The notes: generated from the sequence alone by a model not told the origin. 64,000 bases of DNA from an uncultured Candidatus Saccharibacteria bacterium (GCA_964459225.1 CAYWKB010000001.1:354777-418776), one strand, 5' to 3'; positions 1-8,651 are shown, counted from the first letter of the stretch. Made by a program: numbers and translations.

Positions 1-542
1 CACTTTTTAAAAGTGTAAAAGAATCAAAACAATTAAGTGAGGGGAAGAGAGAAGAATGGTTTAAAAAAATCTGCGATATTAGGGACGGCGCTCGAAAGAA
101 TAAAAATCTTGATAAAAATTCTTATAAAAACCTCATCGATTTTGCCGTCACCTTTCAAAGTGAAAAAGTAATAGACAAAAAAGGACTTACTTTCGCTATA
201 AATAAATGCATTGAAATTTCATTAAATAAAATCGCCAAAAGAAATAATATAAAACCAGAACAAGCATTAATACTTCTCGATGGAGGTTTAAAAGCACCAA
301 AACAATATATAAATCAAAAAACAATAATAAAAGGAGATGCAAAAGAAAGGGTGATAGCTCTAGCGTCTATATGTGCAAAGGTGCTTAGGGATAGAAAAAT
401 GAAGGCATATGCCAAAAAGTATCCAAATTATGGTTTTGAAGTGCATAAAGGGTATGGAACGCGTAATCACTATGAAAAAATATCTAAAATGGGAATATCC
501 AAGATACACAGGCTAACTTTCTTGCAAAAAACTATTAAATAA
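1..542 (+). CDS. rnhB: Ribonuclease HII, C-terminal ~180 aa (5' end cut by window edge)
   Basis: Frame 3 is open from nt 3 to the stop at 542. The translation contains RNase HII motifs ILLDGG and RVIALASICAK and a C-terminal HKGYGT...H. The listed ORF 351..542 is only the part after an internal Met. Confidence 0.8.
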   Translation, partial: LFKSVKESKQLSEGKREEWFKKICDIRDGARKNKNLDKNSYKNLIDFAVTFQSEKVIDKKGLTFAINKCIEISLNKIAKRNNIKPEQALILLDGGLKAPKQYINQKTIIKGDAKERVIALASICAKVLRDRKMKAYAKKYPNYGFEVHKGYGTRNHYEKISKMGISKIHRLTFLQKTIK

Positions 543-559
543 GCTAGTATAATAAAACT

Positions 560-787
560 ATGGTTAATCGAATGAGAGCAAATAGGTCACATCGTGACAA
601 TCGCAGATCACATCATGCGCTTGACGATATTCGCCTATCAAAATGCGCAAATTGTGGCGCAATGCACAAGAGACACACAATGTGCGAAAAGTGCGGAAAT
701 TACAGGGGAAGAAAGGTGATAGACATGACAGCAATAGTAGCAAAGGAAACAGCAAAAAATAAGAAAAAGACAGCGGTAGCAAAATAA
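560..787 (+). CDS. rpmF: 50S ribosomal protein L32
   Basis: 75-aa basic protein. N-terminal RANRSHRDNRRSHHAL and a CxxC...CxxC zinc ribbon (CANCG...CEKCG) are typical of bL32. Confidence 0.8.
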   Translation: MVNRMRANRSHRDNRRSHHALDDIRLSKCANCGAMHKRHTMCEKCGNYRGRKVIDMTAIVAKETAKNKKKTAVAK

Positions 788-817
788 AAGTTTTAAAGTA
801 GGCGTTCTTCAAAAATT

Positions 818-1720
818 ATGGCAAATCGACACTTATCAAGATCAGTAGTACTACAATCACTCTTTGAGTGGGATTTCCGAGGTTGTCATGATGAAATAAT
901 TAAAGAAATAATCACCCGAGTTTCCAAGGAGTTCGCTTCTGGTATGGGTGATTTTTCTTTTATTGAAAACTTGGCAAATAATGTACTTTCAAAAAAGGCA
1001 GATCTAGATAAAATAATTGAAAAGGCAGCGCCAGATTGGCCACTTGATAAAATCTCAGTAATAGACAGAAATATTTTGCGAATTGGACTATATGAATTAC
1101 TTTTTTCAGATAGAAATGAAGTACCCGCAAAAGTGGCAATAAATGAAGCAATTGAACTTGCAAAGAGTTTTGGTGGTGAAAATAGTGGTAAGTTTATAAA
1201 CGGAGTTTTGGGTTCTGTATACAAGGAATTAGGTGAACCAGGCAAAGACAGTGCTCCAAAAAAGAAAAATAAAATAGCAGATATACCATACGAAGAAATG
1301 CCCATTCAAAACTTAGGCGGAGCAGTGGTATATGCAAATGACGGAGATGAAATATACCTAGCATTCGTGCACGATATATTTGGACATTGGACTTTATCAA
1401 AAGGTAAAATACCAGAAGGAGATGTAAAGGTTGGAACAATAGCAAAAGTAAAGGAAGAAATGGGATTGGATGTAGAAATCACTGATGATTTAGGTAAAAA
1501 TGAATATATAGCAAGTGATCCAGAAAAAGGAAAGCTCAGAAAGCAAGTACATTATTTCCTTGCAAAGACAAATTTTACTGATATAAAGCTCGCAGAAAAG
1601 CCAGGACTAGATGATGCAAAATGGTTCAAACTTGCAGACATACTTGAGCTAAATTTTTATGATGATATAGTACCTATTGTAACAAAAGCCATAACATTAT
1701 TGAGTAGTAAAACAAAATGA
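818..1720 (+). CDS. nusB: Transcription antitermination factor NusB (aa ~1-140) fused to a divergent NUDIX-fold domain (aa ~160-300)
   Basis: The N-terminal half matches NusB closely (LRIGLYELLF...VPAKVAINEAIELAKSFGGENSGKFINGVLG). The C-terminal half shows a Nudix-fold pattern (GGAVVYANDGDEIYLAFV...GHWTLSKGKIPEGD...KVKEEMGL) with an incomplete Nudix box. It is one uninterrupted 300-aa ORF. Confidence 0.7.
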   Translation: MANRHLSRSVVLQSLFEWDFRGCHDEIIKEIITRVSKEFASGMGDFSFIENLANNVLSKKADLDKIIEKAAPDWPLDKISVIDRNILRIGLYELLFSDRNEVPAKVAINEAIELAKSFGGENSGKFINGVLGSVYKELGEPGKDSAPKKKNKIADIPYEEMPIQNLGGAVVYANDGDEIYLAFVHDIFGHWTLSKGKIPEGDVKVGTIAKVKEEMGLDVEITDDLGKNEYIASDPEKGKLRKQVHYFLAKTNFTDIKLAEKPGLDDAKWFKLADILELNFYDDIVPIVTKAITLLSSKTK

Positions 1721-2415
1721 TGCCAGATTTCAATGAATTCGCAAATAAAATTAAAGTAGATTTTAATGATATCTCTTTATTAAAAAGAGCTTGTACTCAT
1801 CGTTCATATTTGAATGAAAATAAAGGTGCAGGACTTGAACATAATGAAAGATTAGAATTTTTGGGCGATGCCGTACTTGAACTTGTTGTAACTAGTTTCC
1901 TTTTTAAAAAGTTTCCAGATAGAGATGAGGGAGATTTGACTTCATATCGTTCAGCCTTGGTAAATACAAATAGCCTTTCAAAAGTCGCATTGCATATTGG
2001 TGTTGATGAATATTTACTTCTTTCAAAAGGTGAGTCAAAAGATACTGGCCGAGCAAGGTCAATAATACATGCAGATACTATTGAGGCGATTATAGGTGCT
2101 ATTTATATCGATAAAGGTTATGAATCAGCAGAAAAATTTATTTCTCAAAATCTATTTGAAGTTATAGACATAGACGATATAGTTAAAAATAAATTATGGC
2201 TTGATGCAAAAAGTCGTTTTCAAGAAAAAGCACAAGAAATGACAGGACAAACTCCATCATATAAAACAGTAAAAGAAGTTGGTCCAGATCATAATAAACT
2301 ATTTACTTTAGGTGTATTTATCGGTGATGTTCAAATAGCATTAGGAACAGGAATGTCAAAACAAGAAGCAGAACAAAAAGCAGCAGAAAAAGCACTTGAA
2401 GTTAAGGGATGGTAG
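1717..2415 (+). CDS. rnc: Ribonuclease III
   Basis: RNase III signature ERLEFLGDAVLELVV and a C-terminal dsRNA-binding domain. The start overlaps the nusB stop (ATGA). Confidence 0.9.
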   Translation: MMPDFNEFANKIKVDFNDISLLKRACTHRSYLNENKGAGLEHNERLEFLGDAVLELVVTSFLFKKFPDRDEGDLTSYRSALVNTNSLSKVALHIGVDEYLLLSKGESKDTGRARSIIHADTIEAIIGAIYIDKGYESAEKFISQNLFEVIDIDDIVKNKLWLDAKSRFQEKAQEMTGQTPSYKTVKEVGPDHNKLFTLGVFIGDVQIALGTGMSKQEAEQKAAEKALEVKGW

Positions 2416-2443
2416 TTAGTATTTGTTGTGATAAAATATACTC

Positions 2444-4657
2444 ATGTATCTCAAATCATTAGAGATTTCTGGTTTTAAATCTTTTGCAAAAAAGGCAGTT
2501 TTGAATTTTACTTCTCCCATTTCAGCAATAGTCGGTCCAAATGGATCAGGTAAATCAAATACAGCTGAAGCATTTCGCTTTGTGCTTGGTGAACAATCTA
2601 TAAAAAGTATGAGAGGTAAGCGAGGTGAAGATTTGATATTTAATGGTGGAGGTGAAGGAGCAAGAACAAATAGAGCATCAGTTAAGGTTGTGTTTGATAA
2701 TTCAAAGAGAATGCTCAATATTGATTTTGATGAAGTCACTTTGGAAAGAGTTGTGCATCGTGATAATTCAAATGAGTATTTTATAAATGGTTCTCCTACA
2801 AGATTAAAGGATATTGTAGAGCTACTTGTCGGTGCTCATATCGGAGCTTCAGGACATCATATAATCTCACAAGGTGAGGCAGATAGAATTTTGAATGCAA
2901 ATATTCGTGAAAGAAGGGAAATGATAGAGGATGCGCTTGGACTTAAAATATATCAATACAAAAAGATTGAAAGTGAAAGAAAATTAGAAAAGACAGAGGA
3001 AAATATGAAATCCGTTGAATCATTGCGTAGGGAAATCGCTCCTCATTTAAAATTCTTAAAAAAGCAGGTAGAAAAAGTAGAAAAAGTACAGGAAATGCGA
3101 GAAGAGCTACGCAAATTATATAAGGAATATTTTAAGCGTGAAGAAGCATATTTAAAAAATGAAAAAGACAGAATACATGAAATCAAAAATCCATTAATTA
3201 AAGAATTAGCAGTACTTGAAACTGAAATAAATGAAGCAAAAAGAATATTAGAAAGTTCAAAAAATCGCGATGCAAAAAGTGATGAATTAATCGCTATTGA
3301 AAGTGCATTACATAATATACGTATAGAAAAGGATAAGGTAATGCGTGAACTCGGAAATATAGAAGGTGAAATACGTGTGGGTGAAAGAAGTATTTCAAAA
3401 GAAAAAGAAAAATTGGCTAAAGATGAATTTAAAACAGTATATTTGCAAGACGTTGAAGAAGTTTTCAATAAAGTTAGCCTCCTGCAAACAATTTCAGAAA
3501 TCAAAGAATTACTTTTTGGCTTTATTTCATCACATAAAAATAAAGTAGATTCAAGTTTAATAGCAGAAACAGAAAAAGATATAAAAATCCTTTTAGATAA
3601 AAAAGGTAAATTTGAATTATCTCTTAAGGATTTTGATAATCAAGAAAAAGTTAAAACACTTGAATACAATACATTAAGACAAAAAATAGAAATAGAAAAA
3701 GACTCAAATAGAGATGCAGAAAAAAATGTTTTTAGAATAATAGCTAGACAAAATGAAGTAAGAGGAATATTAAATGGTATTAAAACAAGTGAAGATAAAT
3801 TGAGATTAGAAGAGGAATCATTTAAAAGGGAATTAAATGAAGCATATGTACTCGTTGGTCGCGAAGCAGTGGACTATAAAGATATAGTAATCACACAAGA
3901 AGAAAGAATAGCTCAAATTGATAGACAAAAAAATATTGAAAAAATAAAAATAAGAATTGAGGATTCAGGTGCGGGAAATAGTATAGATATAATGAAGGAA
4001 TATAAGGAGGTTGAAGAAAGAGATGCTTTCCTTGCAAAAGAAATAACAGATTTAGAAAATTCAAAAATAAGTCTCAAAAATCTAATAGCAGATTTGGATG
4101 CAAGAATAGATGTAGAATTCAAAGAAGGAATATTAAAAATAAATACACAATTTCAAAACTATTTTTCACTTATGTTTGGTGGAGGAAATGCAGGCCTTAC
4201 AGTAGTTAGAGAAAATAAAAGAAAAAAGAAAAGTGATACAGATCTATCATCACTACTTTCAAATGATGGAGGCGAGGCGATAGAGGAAAATGAAGAAGGG
4301 GAAGAGGGAATAGAAATAAATGTAAATTTACCAAGGAAAAAGGTAAAAGGGCTAATGATGCTATCAGGAGGTGAGAGAGCACTTACCTCAATTGCTCTAC
4401 TTTTTGCAATATCACAAGTAAATCCTCCACCATTTATAATTTTAGACGAAACAGATGCGGCACTAGATGAAGCAAATTCAAGAAAGTACGGGGATATGAT
4501 TTCAAATCTTTCAAAGTATTCACAGTTGATTTTGATTACACATAATAGAGAAACAATGTCACGAGCAGGAGTGCTTTATGGAGTTACTATGGGAAGTGAT
4601 GGGGCTTCAAAGTTATTATCAATACAATTTGAACAGGCAGTGCAGGTGGCGAAGTAG
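2444..4657 (+). CDS. smc: SMC-family chromosome segregation ATPase, unusually short (737 aa), no recognisable hinge
   Basis: N-terminal head MYLKSLEISGFKSF...GPNGSGKSN (Walker A). C-terminal head LSGGERALTSIALLFAI...IILDETDAALD (signature and Walker B). The middle is a long K/E-rich coiled coil. It sits directly downstream of rnc, as in the Firmicutes rnc-smc arrangement. Confidence 0.75.
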   Translation: MYLKSLEISGFKSFAKKAVLNFTSPISAIVGPNGSGKSNTAEAFRFVLGEQSIKSMRGKRGEDLIFNGGGEGARTNRASVKVVFDNSKRMLNIDFDEVTLERVVHRDNSNEYFINGSPTRLKDIVELLVGAHIGASGHHIISQGEADRILNANIRERREMIEDALGLKIYQYKKIESERKLEKTEENMKSVESLRREIAPHLKFLKKQVEKVEKVQEMREELRKLYKEYFKREEAYLKNEKDRIHEIKNPLIKELAVLETEINEAKRILESSKNRDAKSDELIAIESALHNIRIEKDKVMRELGNIEGEIRVGERSISKEKEKLAKDEFKTVYLQDVEEVFNKVSLLQTISEIKELLFGFISSHKNKVDSSLIAETEKDIKILLDKKGKFELSLKDFDNQEKVKTLEYNTLRQKIEIEKDSNRDAEKNVFRIIARQNEVRGILNGIKTSEDKLRLEEESFKRELNEAYVLVGREAVDYKDIVITQEERIAQIDRQKNIEKIKIRIEDSGAGNSIDIMKEYKEVEERDAFLAKEITDLENSKISLKNLIADLDARIDVEFKEGILKINTQFQNYFSLMFGGGNAGLTVVRENKRKKKSDTDLSSLLSNDGGEAIEENEEGEEGIEINVNLPRKKVKGLMMLSGGERALTSIALLFAISQVNPPPFIILDETDAALDEANSRKYGDMISNLSKYSQLILITHNRETMSRAGVLYGVTMGSDGASKLLSIQFEQAVQVAK

Positions 4658-4668
4658 GGGGTAATAAA

Positions 4669-4703
4669 TATTGACTATATTGTAATTGTGTTATATATTT
4701 TCT
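4669..4703 (+). promoter_or_regulatory. Sigma70-like promoter (TTGACT - 17 nt - TATATT) in front of the orphan ORF at 4724
   Basis: TTGACT at 4670-4675 and TATATT about 17 nt downstream. A GGAAGGA RBS lies ~10 nt before the ATG at 4724. Confidence 0.35.
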
Positions 4704-4723
4704 GATGGAAGGAAATTTAAAAC

Positions 4724-4993
4724 ATGCAAAATATTGATATTCTATGGCAAAAAATGAATAAATATGAACGATTCGTTGCGTACTATATTGCAACAATTGT
4801 GGCAAGTAAACTTGGTCTCATCAGTCATGAGGATGGTAATCATGATATTGGTCCTACAATGCTCGGGATTGATTTTGAAAAGATGAATCCTGCCAATTTT
4901 CGTCCCGAGGTATCTAGATTAATCAACGAACGGATCACGAATGCGAATGACGACTTTACAACCGTTTATCAAAGACTTTTAGAATCACTCTAA
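4724..4993 (+). CDS. Hypothetical small acidic protein (89 aa), no recognisable domain
   Basis: ORF with its own promoter-like sequence and RBS. Codon usage (CGT/CGG/ACG/CCC) and GC are atypical for this AT-rich genome. Confidence 0.4.
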   Translation: MQNIDILWQKMNKYERFVAYYIATIVASKLGLISHEDGNHDIGPTMLGIDFEKMNPANFRPEVSRLINERITNANDDFTTVYQRLLESL

Positions 4994-5057
4994 TTCAACT
5001 CTAAAAAGAGAGCATTGGCGCTAGGCTATGTCAGGTAAGGAGGATCTCAAAATCACA

Positions 5058-5117
5058 CCCGCAATCTGAAATATGGTTGCGGGACTCAATTGAGCCCTCG
5101 ACTGAAGTCGAAGGTTC
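5058..5117 (+). ncRNA. Candidate structured RNA element: two adjacent stable hairpins in a locally GC-enriched intergenic spacer
   Basis: Hairpin 1 is CCCGCAA(5058-5064)/TTGCGGG(5077-5083). Hairpin 2 is GAGCCCTCGAC-TGAA-GTCGAAGGTTC (5092-5117), 10 bp with one mismatch. No U-tract follows either, so they are not intrinsic terminators. They lie 40-100 nt upstream of the ORF at 5157. Confidence 0.25.
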
Positions 5118-5156
5118 ATAGGGTAAGTTCTAAACAATTAAATAGAAAGGTTAGTT

Positions 5157-5606
5157 ATGTCAATTGGAAGTCCAGAAGAATTGCAAGGAGATCGAGATAA
5201 TTTCTTGTACTATACCTCCCAGTATTATGAATGGAGGAAGAAAAACAGAAGAGCTGAAATCATTTGTTTTAAAAATAATGGACGCCATCTTTTTCTTAGA
5301 CGCGAGAAATGGCTTCTCCAAAGCGAAAAATGGTTTCTCGTTCGATACAATAAATTCCGTCGTACACAAATATTACTACTGGAAAATGAAGAGATCGTCT
5401 TTAAACATGGTGCACATCTTGATAGCTCTAGAGGTGTTAAGAGTCCTGTTCGCATATTTCTCTTCAGGAGATATGCAAATAAAAAACATGGAGTGTTTAG
5501 TTCTGTTAACTGTAAAGAAATCACGATTCCAGTAAGACATCATTGCTACATCGCAGTGTATAGAGGGCGAGTGATCAGTAGTTTATTACTACATTTTGTC
5601 GGTTAA
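5157..5606 (+). CDS. Hypothetical very basic, aromatic-rich protein (149 aa); coding status uncertain
   Basis: GAAAGG RBS 8 nt upstream. Internal peptide repeat EKWLLQS/EKWFLVR. Three frames and both strands are open here, so it could also be non-coding. Composition is atypical. Confidence 0.3.
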   Translation: MSIGSPEELQGDRDNFLYYTSQYYEWRKKNRRAEIICFKNNGRHLFLRREKWLLQSEKWFLVRYNKFRRTQILLLENEEIVFKHGAHLDSSRGVKSPVRIFLFRRYANKKHGVFSSVNCKEITIPVRHHCYIAVYRGRVISSLLLHFVG

Positions 5607-5692
5607 GTTTATTCAGTGCAGTAAGTTTTCAACAATTAGATTTTAGATATTATTATATACATACCTATACCATAATATCTGAAATCTCGATA

Positions 5693-5727
5693 AAAGCAGC
5701 TCGTATTATTTATGACTGCTTTTTTTA
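5693..5727 (+). terminator. Rho-independent terminator candidate
   Basis: AAAGCAG (5693-5699) pairs with CTGCTTT (5716-5722), followed by a T7 run. The loop is large, so confidence is moderate. Confidence 0.4.
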
Positions 5728-5817
5728 TTGACCAAATATTTAAATTATGTAATTATAAAAAACGATTAGCTTTTTAAATCGTATAGTCAAAAAACCAACC
5801 AAAGAAATGGAGGAAAT

Positions 5818-6171
5818 ATGCGTGGTTTTGTACATAAGGAGCCAGAAGAAGTTTCGGTTATGATCAAGAAGGGTCATGGAACAGAACATGATTTAGAAGG
5901 TAGACTGATAACGGATGGTATTGATATTGTTGGTGGGGAATATAGAGGAGAACTCAGTATATTCTCCTATGCTCGTATTAAGACCGGCAGTATTGAATTT
6001 AGGGGATGCCACATAAGAGGTAAACTTGATCTCGAAGGATTAGAAATTGATAATGGTCAATTGATTATTTCTGATGTAACAGTAGATGGTCACCTGTTAC
6101 TTCCAAGGCTCTTGATCGGTGTAACTAAACTAAGTAACTTTAGAGTTCGTGGACAGTTAGTGTGGGTTTAA
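5818..6171 (+). CDS. Hypothetical beta-solenoid protein (bactofilin-like repeat pattern?), 117 aa
   Basis: Strong RBS GGAGGA 7 nt upstream. Repetitive G-x-hydrophobic pattern (IDIVGGEYRGELSIF...IEFRGCHIRGKLDLEGLEIDNGQLIISDVTVDG). Atypical GC and codon usage. A TTGACC promoter-like hexamer lies near 5737. Confidence 0.45.
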   Translation: MRGFVHKEPEEVSVMIKKGHGTEHDLEGRLITDGIDIVGGEYRGELSIFSYARIKTGSIEFRGCHIRGKLDLEGLEIDNGQLIISDVTVDGHLLLPRLLIGVTKLSNFRVRGQLVWV

Positions 6172-6196
6172 CCAAAAAGACAAACCCACTCACAAA

Positions 6197-6226
6197 AGCC
6201 GGAATCAACCCCGGCTTTTCTTTTTA
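6197..6226. terminator. Bidirectional rho-independent terminator between convergent genes
   Basis: AGCCGG (6197-6202), 8-nt loop, CCGGCT (6211-6216), then TTTTCTTTTT on the + strand and an A/T-rich tract on the - strand. Confidence 0.6.
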
Positions 6227-8185
6227 TTGAACCAAAGCAAAATCCAAAGTCTTTTTATCCAAATCCGCCCCTATGACCTTAAATCTTATTTCATCACCAA
6301 GTGTAAACTTCTGACCCGATTTCTGTGCCTTTATTGAATATGTTTTTTTATCAAATTCATAATAGTCATTTCCGATATTTCTGATATTTATCATACCTTC
6401 TGATTTTGTTTCTTTTTCTTCTACATAGATTCCGTATTCTGAAACACCTGATATTGTACCAGCGAATTCTTGTCCAACTTTATCTGACATATATTCTACT
6501 TGTTTTAGTTTTTTTGATTCTCTTTCTGCGCCTGATGCATCTATTTCTCTTGCTGTAGATTTTTCGGCTATGTCTTGGAATTGTATTATTTCTCTGTCTC
6601 CAAATGGTTCATGTTTTAAATGTCTCTGCAATATTCTTTGTATTAATAGATCTGGATAGCGTCTAATTGGGGAAGTGAAATGAGTATAGTATTCGAATGC
6701 AAGACCAAAATGTCCAATGTTTTTGGTTGAATACACTGCCTTTTGCATTGAACGTATTACTGCTGTGCTTATAAGGGTCTCGTGTGGAGTGCCCTCAATC
6801 TGTTTTAAAAGGCTTTTTATGGCTTTTGCTGTCACTTTATTGTCTTTTATAGGCAAATCATAGCCAAGTGCATGTACAAATACAGATAATTCCTGCATTC
6901 TTTCTTGATCTGGCAAATCATGTATTCGATATATTGATCCTGTATCCTTTTTTCCTTTATGTTTTATTGAATCAAAAATGTATTTTGCAACTTCGCGATT
7001 TGCAAGCAACATGTATTCTTCTACGAGTTTATGTGTATCCAATCTTTCTTTTTTGTATACTCCTATTGGCTTACCATTTTCATCCAATTTAAATTTGATT
7101 TCTTCTTGTTCAAATTCTATTGCACCTTTATCAAACTTTTCTTTTTGTAGGATTTTTGCGATTGTATTTAATGTATTTAATTCTTTAAAATATTTTCCTT
7201 CTTTTTTATTTAAGACTTCTTGTGCATCCTCGTATGTAAATCTATGATCAGAATTGATTATTGTTTTTCCAAACTTTCTGTCTATTACTTCGCCTTTTTT
7301 ATTTAAAATAAACCAAGCAGAAAATGTAAGTTTTTCCTCATGTGGATTAAGACTACATACATCATCTGAAAGTACTTCAGGAAGCATGGGTATTGTCCTG
7401 TCGACTAGGTAAATAGAGCAACCACGTTTCAAGGCTTCTTTATCGAGCTCTGAGCCTTCTTTTACATAATGACTTACATCTGCAATATGTACTCCTATTT
7501 CGTATTTTTCTTCGCCATCTGTGTTTTCGAGTTCTTTAAAAGAGATAGCATCATCAAAGTCTTTTGCGTCAAATGGGTCGATTGTAAATGTAAGTGTATT
7601 TCTGAAATCAGTTCTCTTTGGTATCTCTGATTTTATGTCTGCTATTTTATTTTTTTCTATTTCATCTGCCTCAGCTTCAACCTGTTTTGGAAATCCTATT
7701 TCAAATCCGCGTTCAAGAACTATTGATTCCATTTCTACATTATTGTCTCCTTTTTTTCCTAAGATTTTAATTATTTTTCCTATTGGATTTACTTTTGGAT
7801 CTGTCCATTCATCCATTTTTACATAGACTTTGTCGCCAATATTTACCTTTTTCTTATCTTCCTCATTTAAACGAATAGAAGCATATGCCTTTTTATCATC
7901 TGGATATGCTGTTAAAACTCCTTCTTTGCTATCTATTACACAAACAAAATTATATCTAGCTCTCTCAACTATTTTTACAACTTTTCCTGTTAATCCTTTT
8001 GGACTTTTTTTATTATCTATTTCAACTTCAACTATATCTCCGTTTAATGCTGTGTTTAGGTATTCTCCTTCTATAAAAATATCATTATCAACATTATCTG
8101 AATTTTTAACAAAACCCATATACTTTCGATTAGTTGTGATAGTACCGGTTATCGTTTTGCCTGGCTCGAACTTTGTATCTTTCAT
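6224..8185 (-). CDS. rnr: Ribonuclease R (RNB family 3'-5' exoribonuclease)
   Basis: RNB catalytic motifs DFDDAIS, GVHIADVSHYV, GCSIYLVDRTIPMLPE and SPIRRYPDLL. N-terminal OB/cold-shock region and a C-terminal S1 domain. Confidence 0.9.
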   Translation of the reverse strand: MKDTKFEPGKTITGTITTNRKYMGFVKNSDNVDNDIFIEGEYLNTALNGDIVEVEIDNKKSPKGLTGKVVKIVERARYNFVCVIDSKEGVLTAYPDDKKAYASIRLNEEDKKKVNIGDKVYVKMDEWTDPKVNPIGKIIKILGKKGDNNVEMESIVLERGFEIGFPKQVEAEADEIEKNKIADIKSEIPKRTDFRNTLTFTIDPFDAKDFDDAISFKELENTDGEEKYEIGVHIADVSHYVKEGSELDKEALKRGCSIYLVDRTIPMLPEVLSDDVCSLNPHEEKLTFSAWFILNKKGEVIDRKFGKTIINSDHRFTYEDAQEVLNKKEGKYFKELNTLNTIAKILQKEKFDKGAIEFEQEEIKFKLDENGKPIGVYKKERLDTHKLVEEYMLLANREVAKYIFDSIKHKGKKDTGSIYRIHDLPDQERMQELSVFVHALGYDLPIKDNKVTAKAIKSLLKQIEGTPHETLISTAVIRSMQKAVYSTKNIGHFGLAFEYYTHFTSPIRRYPDLLIQRILQRHLKHEPFGDREIIQFQDIAEKSTAREIDASGAERESKKLKQVEYMSDKVGQEFAGTISGVSEYGIYVEEKETKSEGMINIRNIGNDYYEFDKKTYSIKAQKSGQKFTLGDEIRFKVIGADLDKKTLDFALVQ

Positions 8186-8273
8186 GTTTTTTATTTATAT
8201 CACTATACCAAAAAATCTCTAAAAGTCTAGGAGTATTGCCTTTTTTTATGACATCTGATAGTATGACTCCCAC

Positions 8274-8651
8274 ATGTTAATGATAAGATTACAAAGAGTA
8301 GGAAGGAAGAACGAACCAGTATTTCGTCTTGTTTTAACTGACTCAAAGAATGGTCCAAAGAGTGGAAAGTATATCGAAGTTTTGGGTTCTTATGATCCAA
8401 GACAAGAAAACAAATTAGAGCAATTTAATATTGTTAAAATCAAGGAGTATATGTCAAAGGGTGCAAAACTGTCTGACACTGTACACAATTTTCTTGTTTC
8501 AAGAAAGGCTATAGAAGGTAAAAAGAAAAATGCATTACCAAAGAAAACAGCAATCAAAAAAGAAGTAACTGAAGAAGCAAAAACTGATGCAAAAGCAGAA
8601 GTTAAGGCAGAAGCCAAAGCAGAAGAAGTTAAAACTGAGGTCACAGCATAA
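8274..8651 (+). CDS. rpsP: 30S ribosomal protein S16 with a C-terminal Lys/Ala/Glu repeat tail
   Basis: MIRLQRVGRKNEPVFRLVLTDSKNGPKSGKYIEVLGSYDP matches bS16. The tail is AKTDAKAEVKAEAKAEEVK. Confidence 0.9.
   Translation: MLMIRLQRVGRKNEPVFRLVLTDSKNGPKSGKYIEVLGSYDPRQENKLEQFNIVKIKEYMSKGAKLSDTVHNFLVSRKAIEGKKKNALPKKTAIKKEVTEEAKTDAKAEVKAEAKAEEVKTEVTA

Noticed and set aside
3043-4122. Minus-strand ORFs (153 aa and 69 aa) inside smc
   Set aside because: They are antisense to the SMC coiled-coil region. The translations are Ser/Phe-rich low-complexity artefacts of the K/E-rich sense strand.
5025-5060. GTCAGGTAAGGAGG resembles the SRP RNA helix-8 (GUCAGGUCCGGAAGGAAGC) and RNase P CR-II (GGCAGGUAAGGGUG) motifs
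   Set aside because: There is no closing GNRA tetraloop helix or complementary 3' strand for an SRP RNA. There are no P4-forming strands (AGUCCGG/CCGGCUUA) or an overall ~350-nt context for RNase P. The match is also part of a plausible RBS-like purine run.
5092-5117. Possible hammerhead or other small self-cleaving ribozyme core (CUGAAG...GAAG)
   Set aside because: The conserved hammerhead core CUGANGA...GAAA is not satisfied (U where A9 is required). No twister or HDV-like motifs are present either.
6868-8222. Four + strand ORFs (74-130 aa) inside the rnr locus
   Set aside because: They are antisense to a well-supported RNase R gene. The translations are Ser/Phe/Leu-rich low complexity typical of AT-rich antisense frames.
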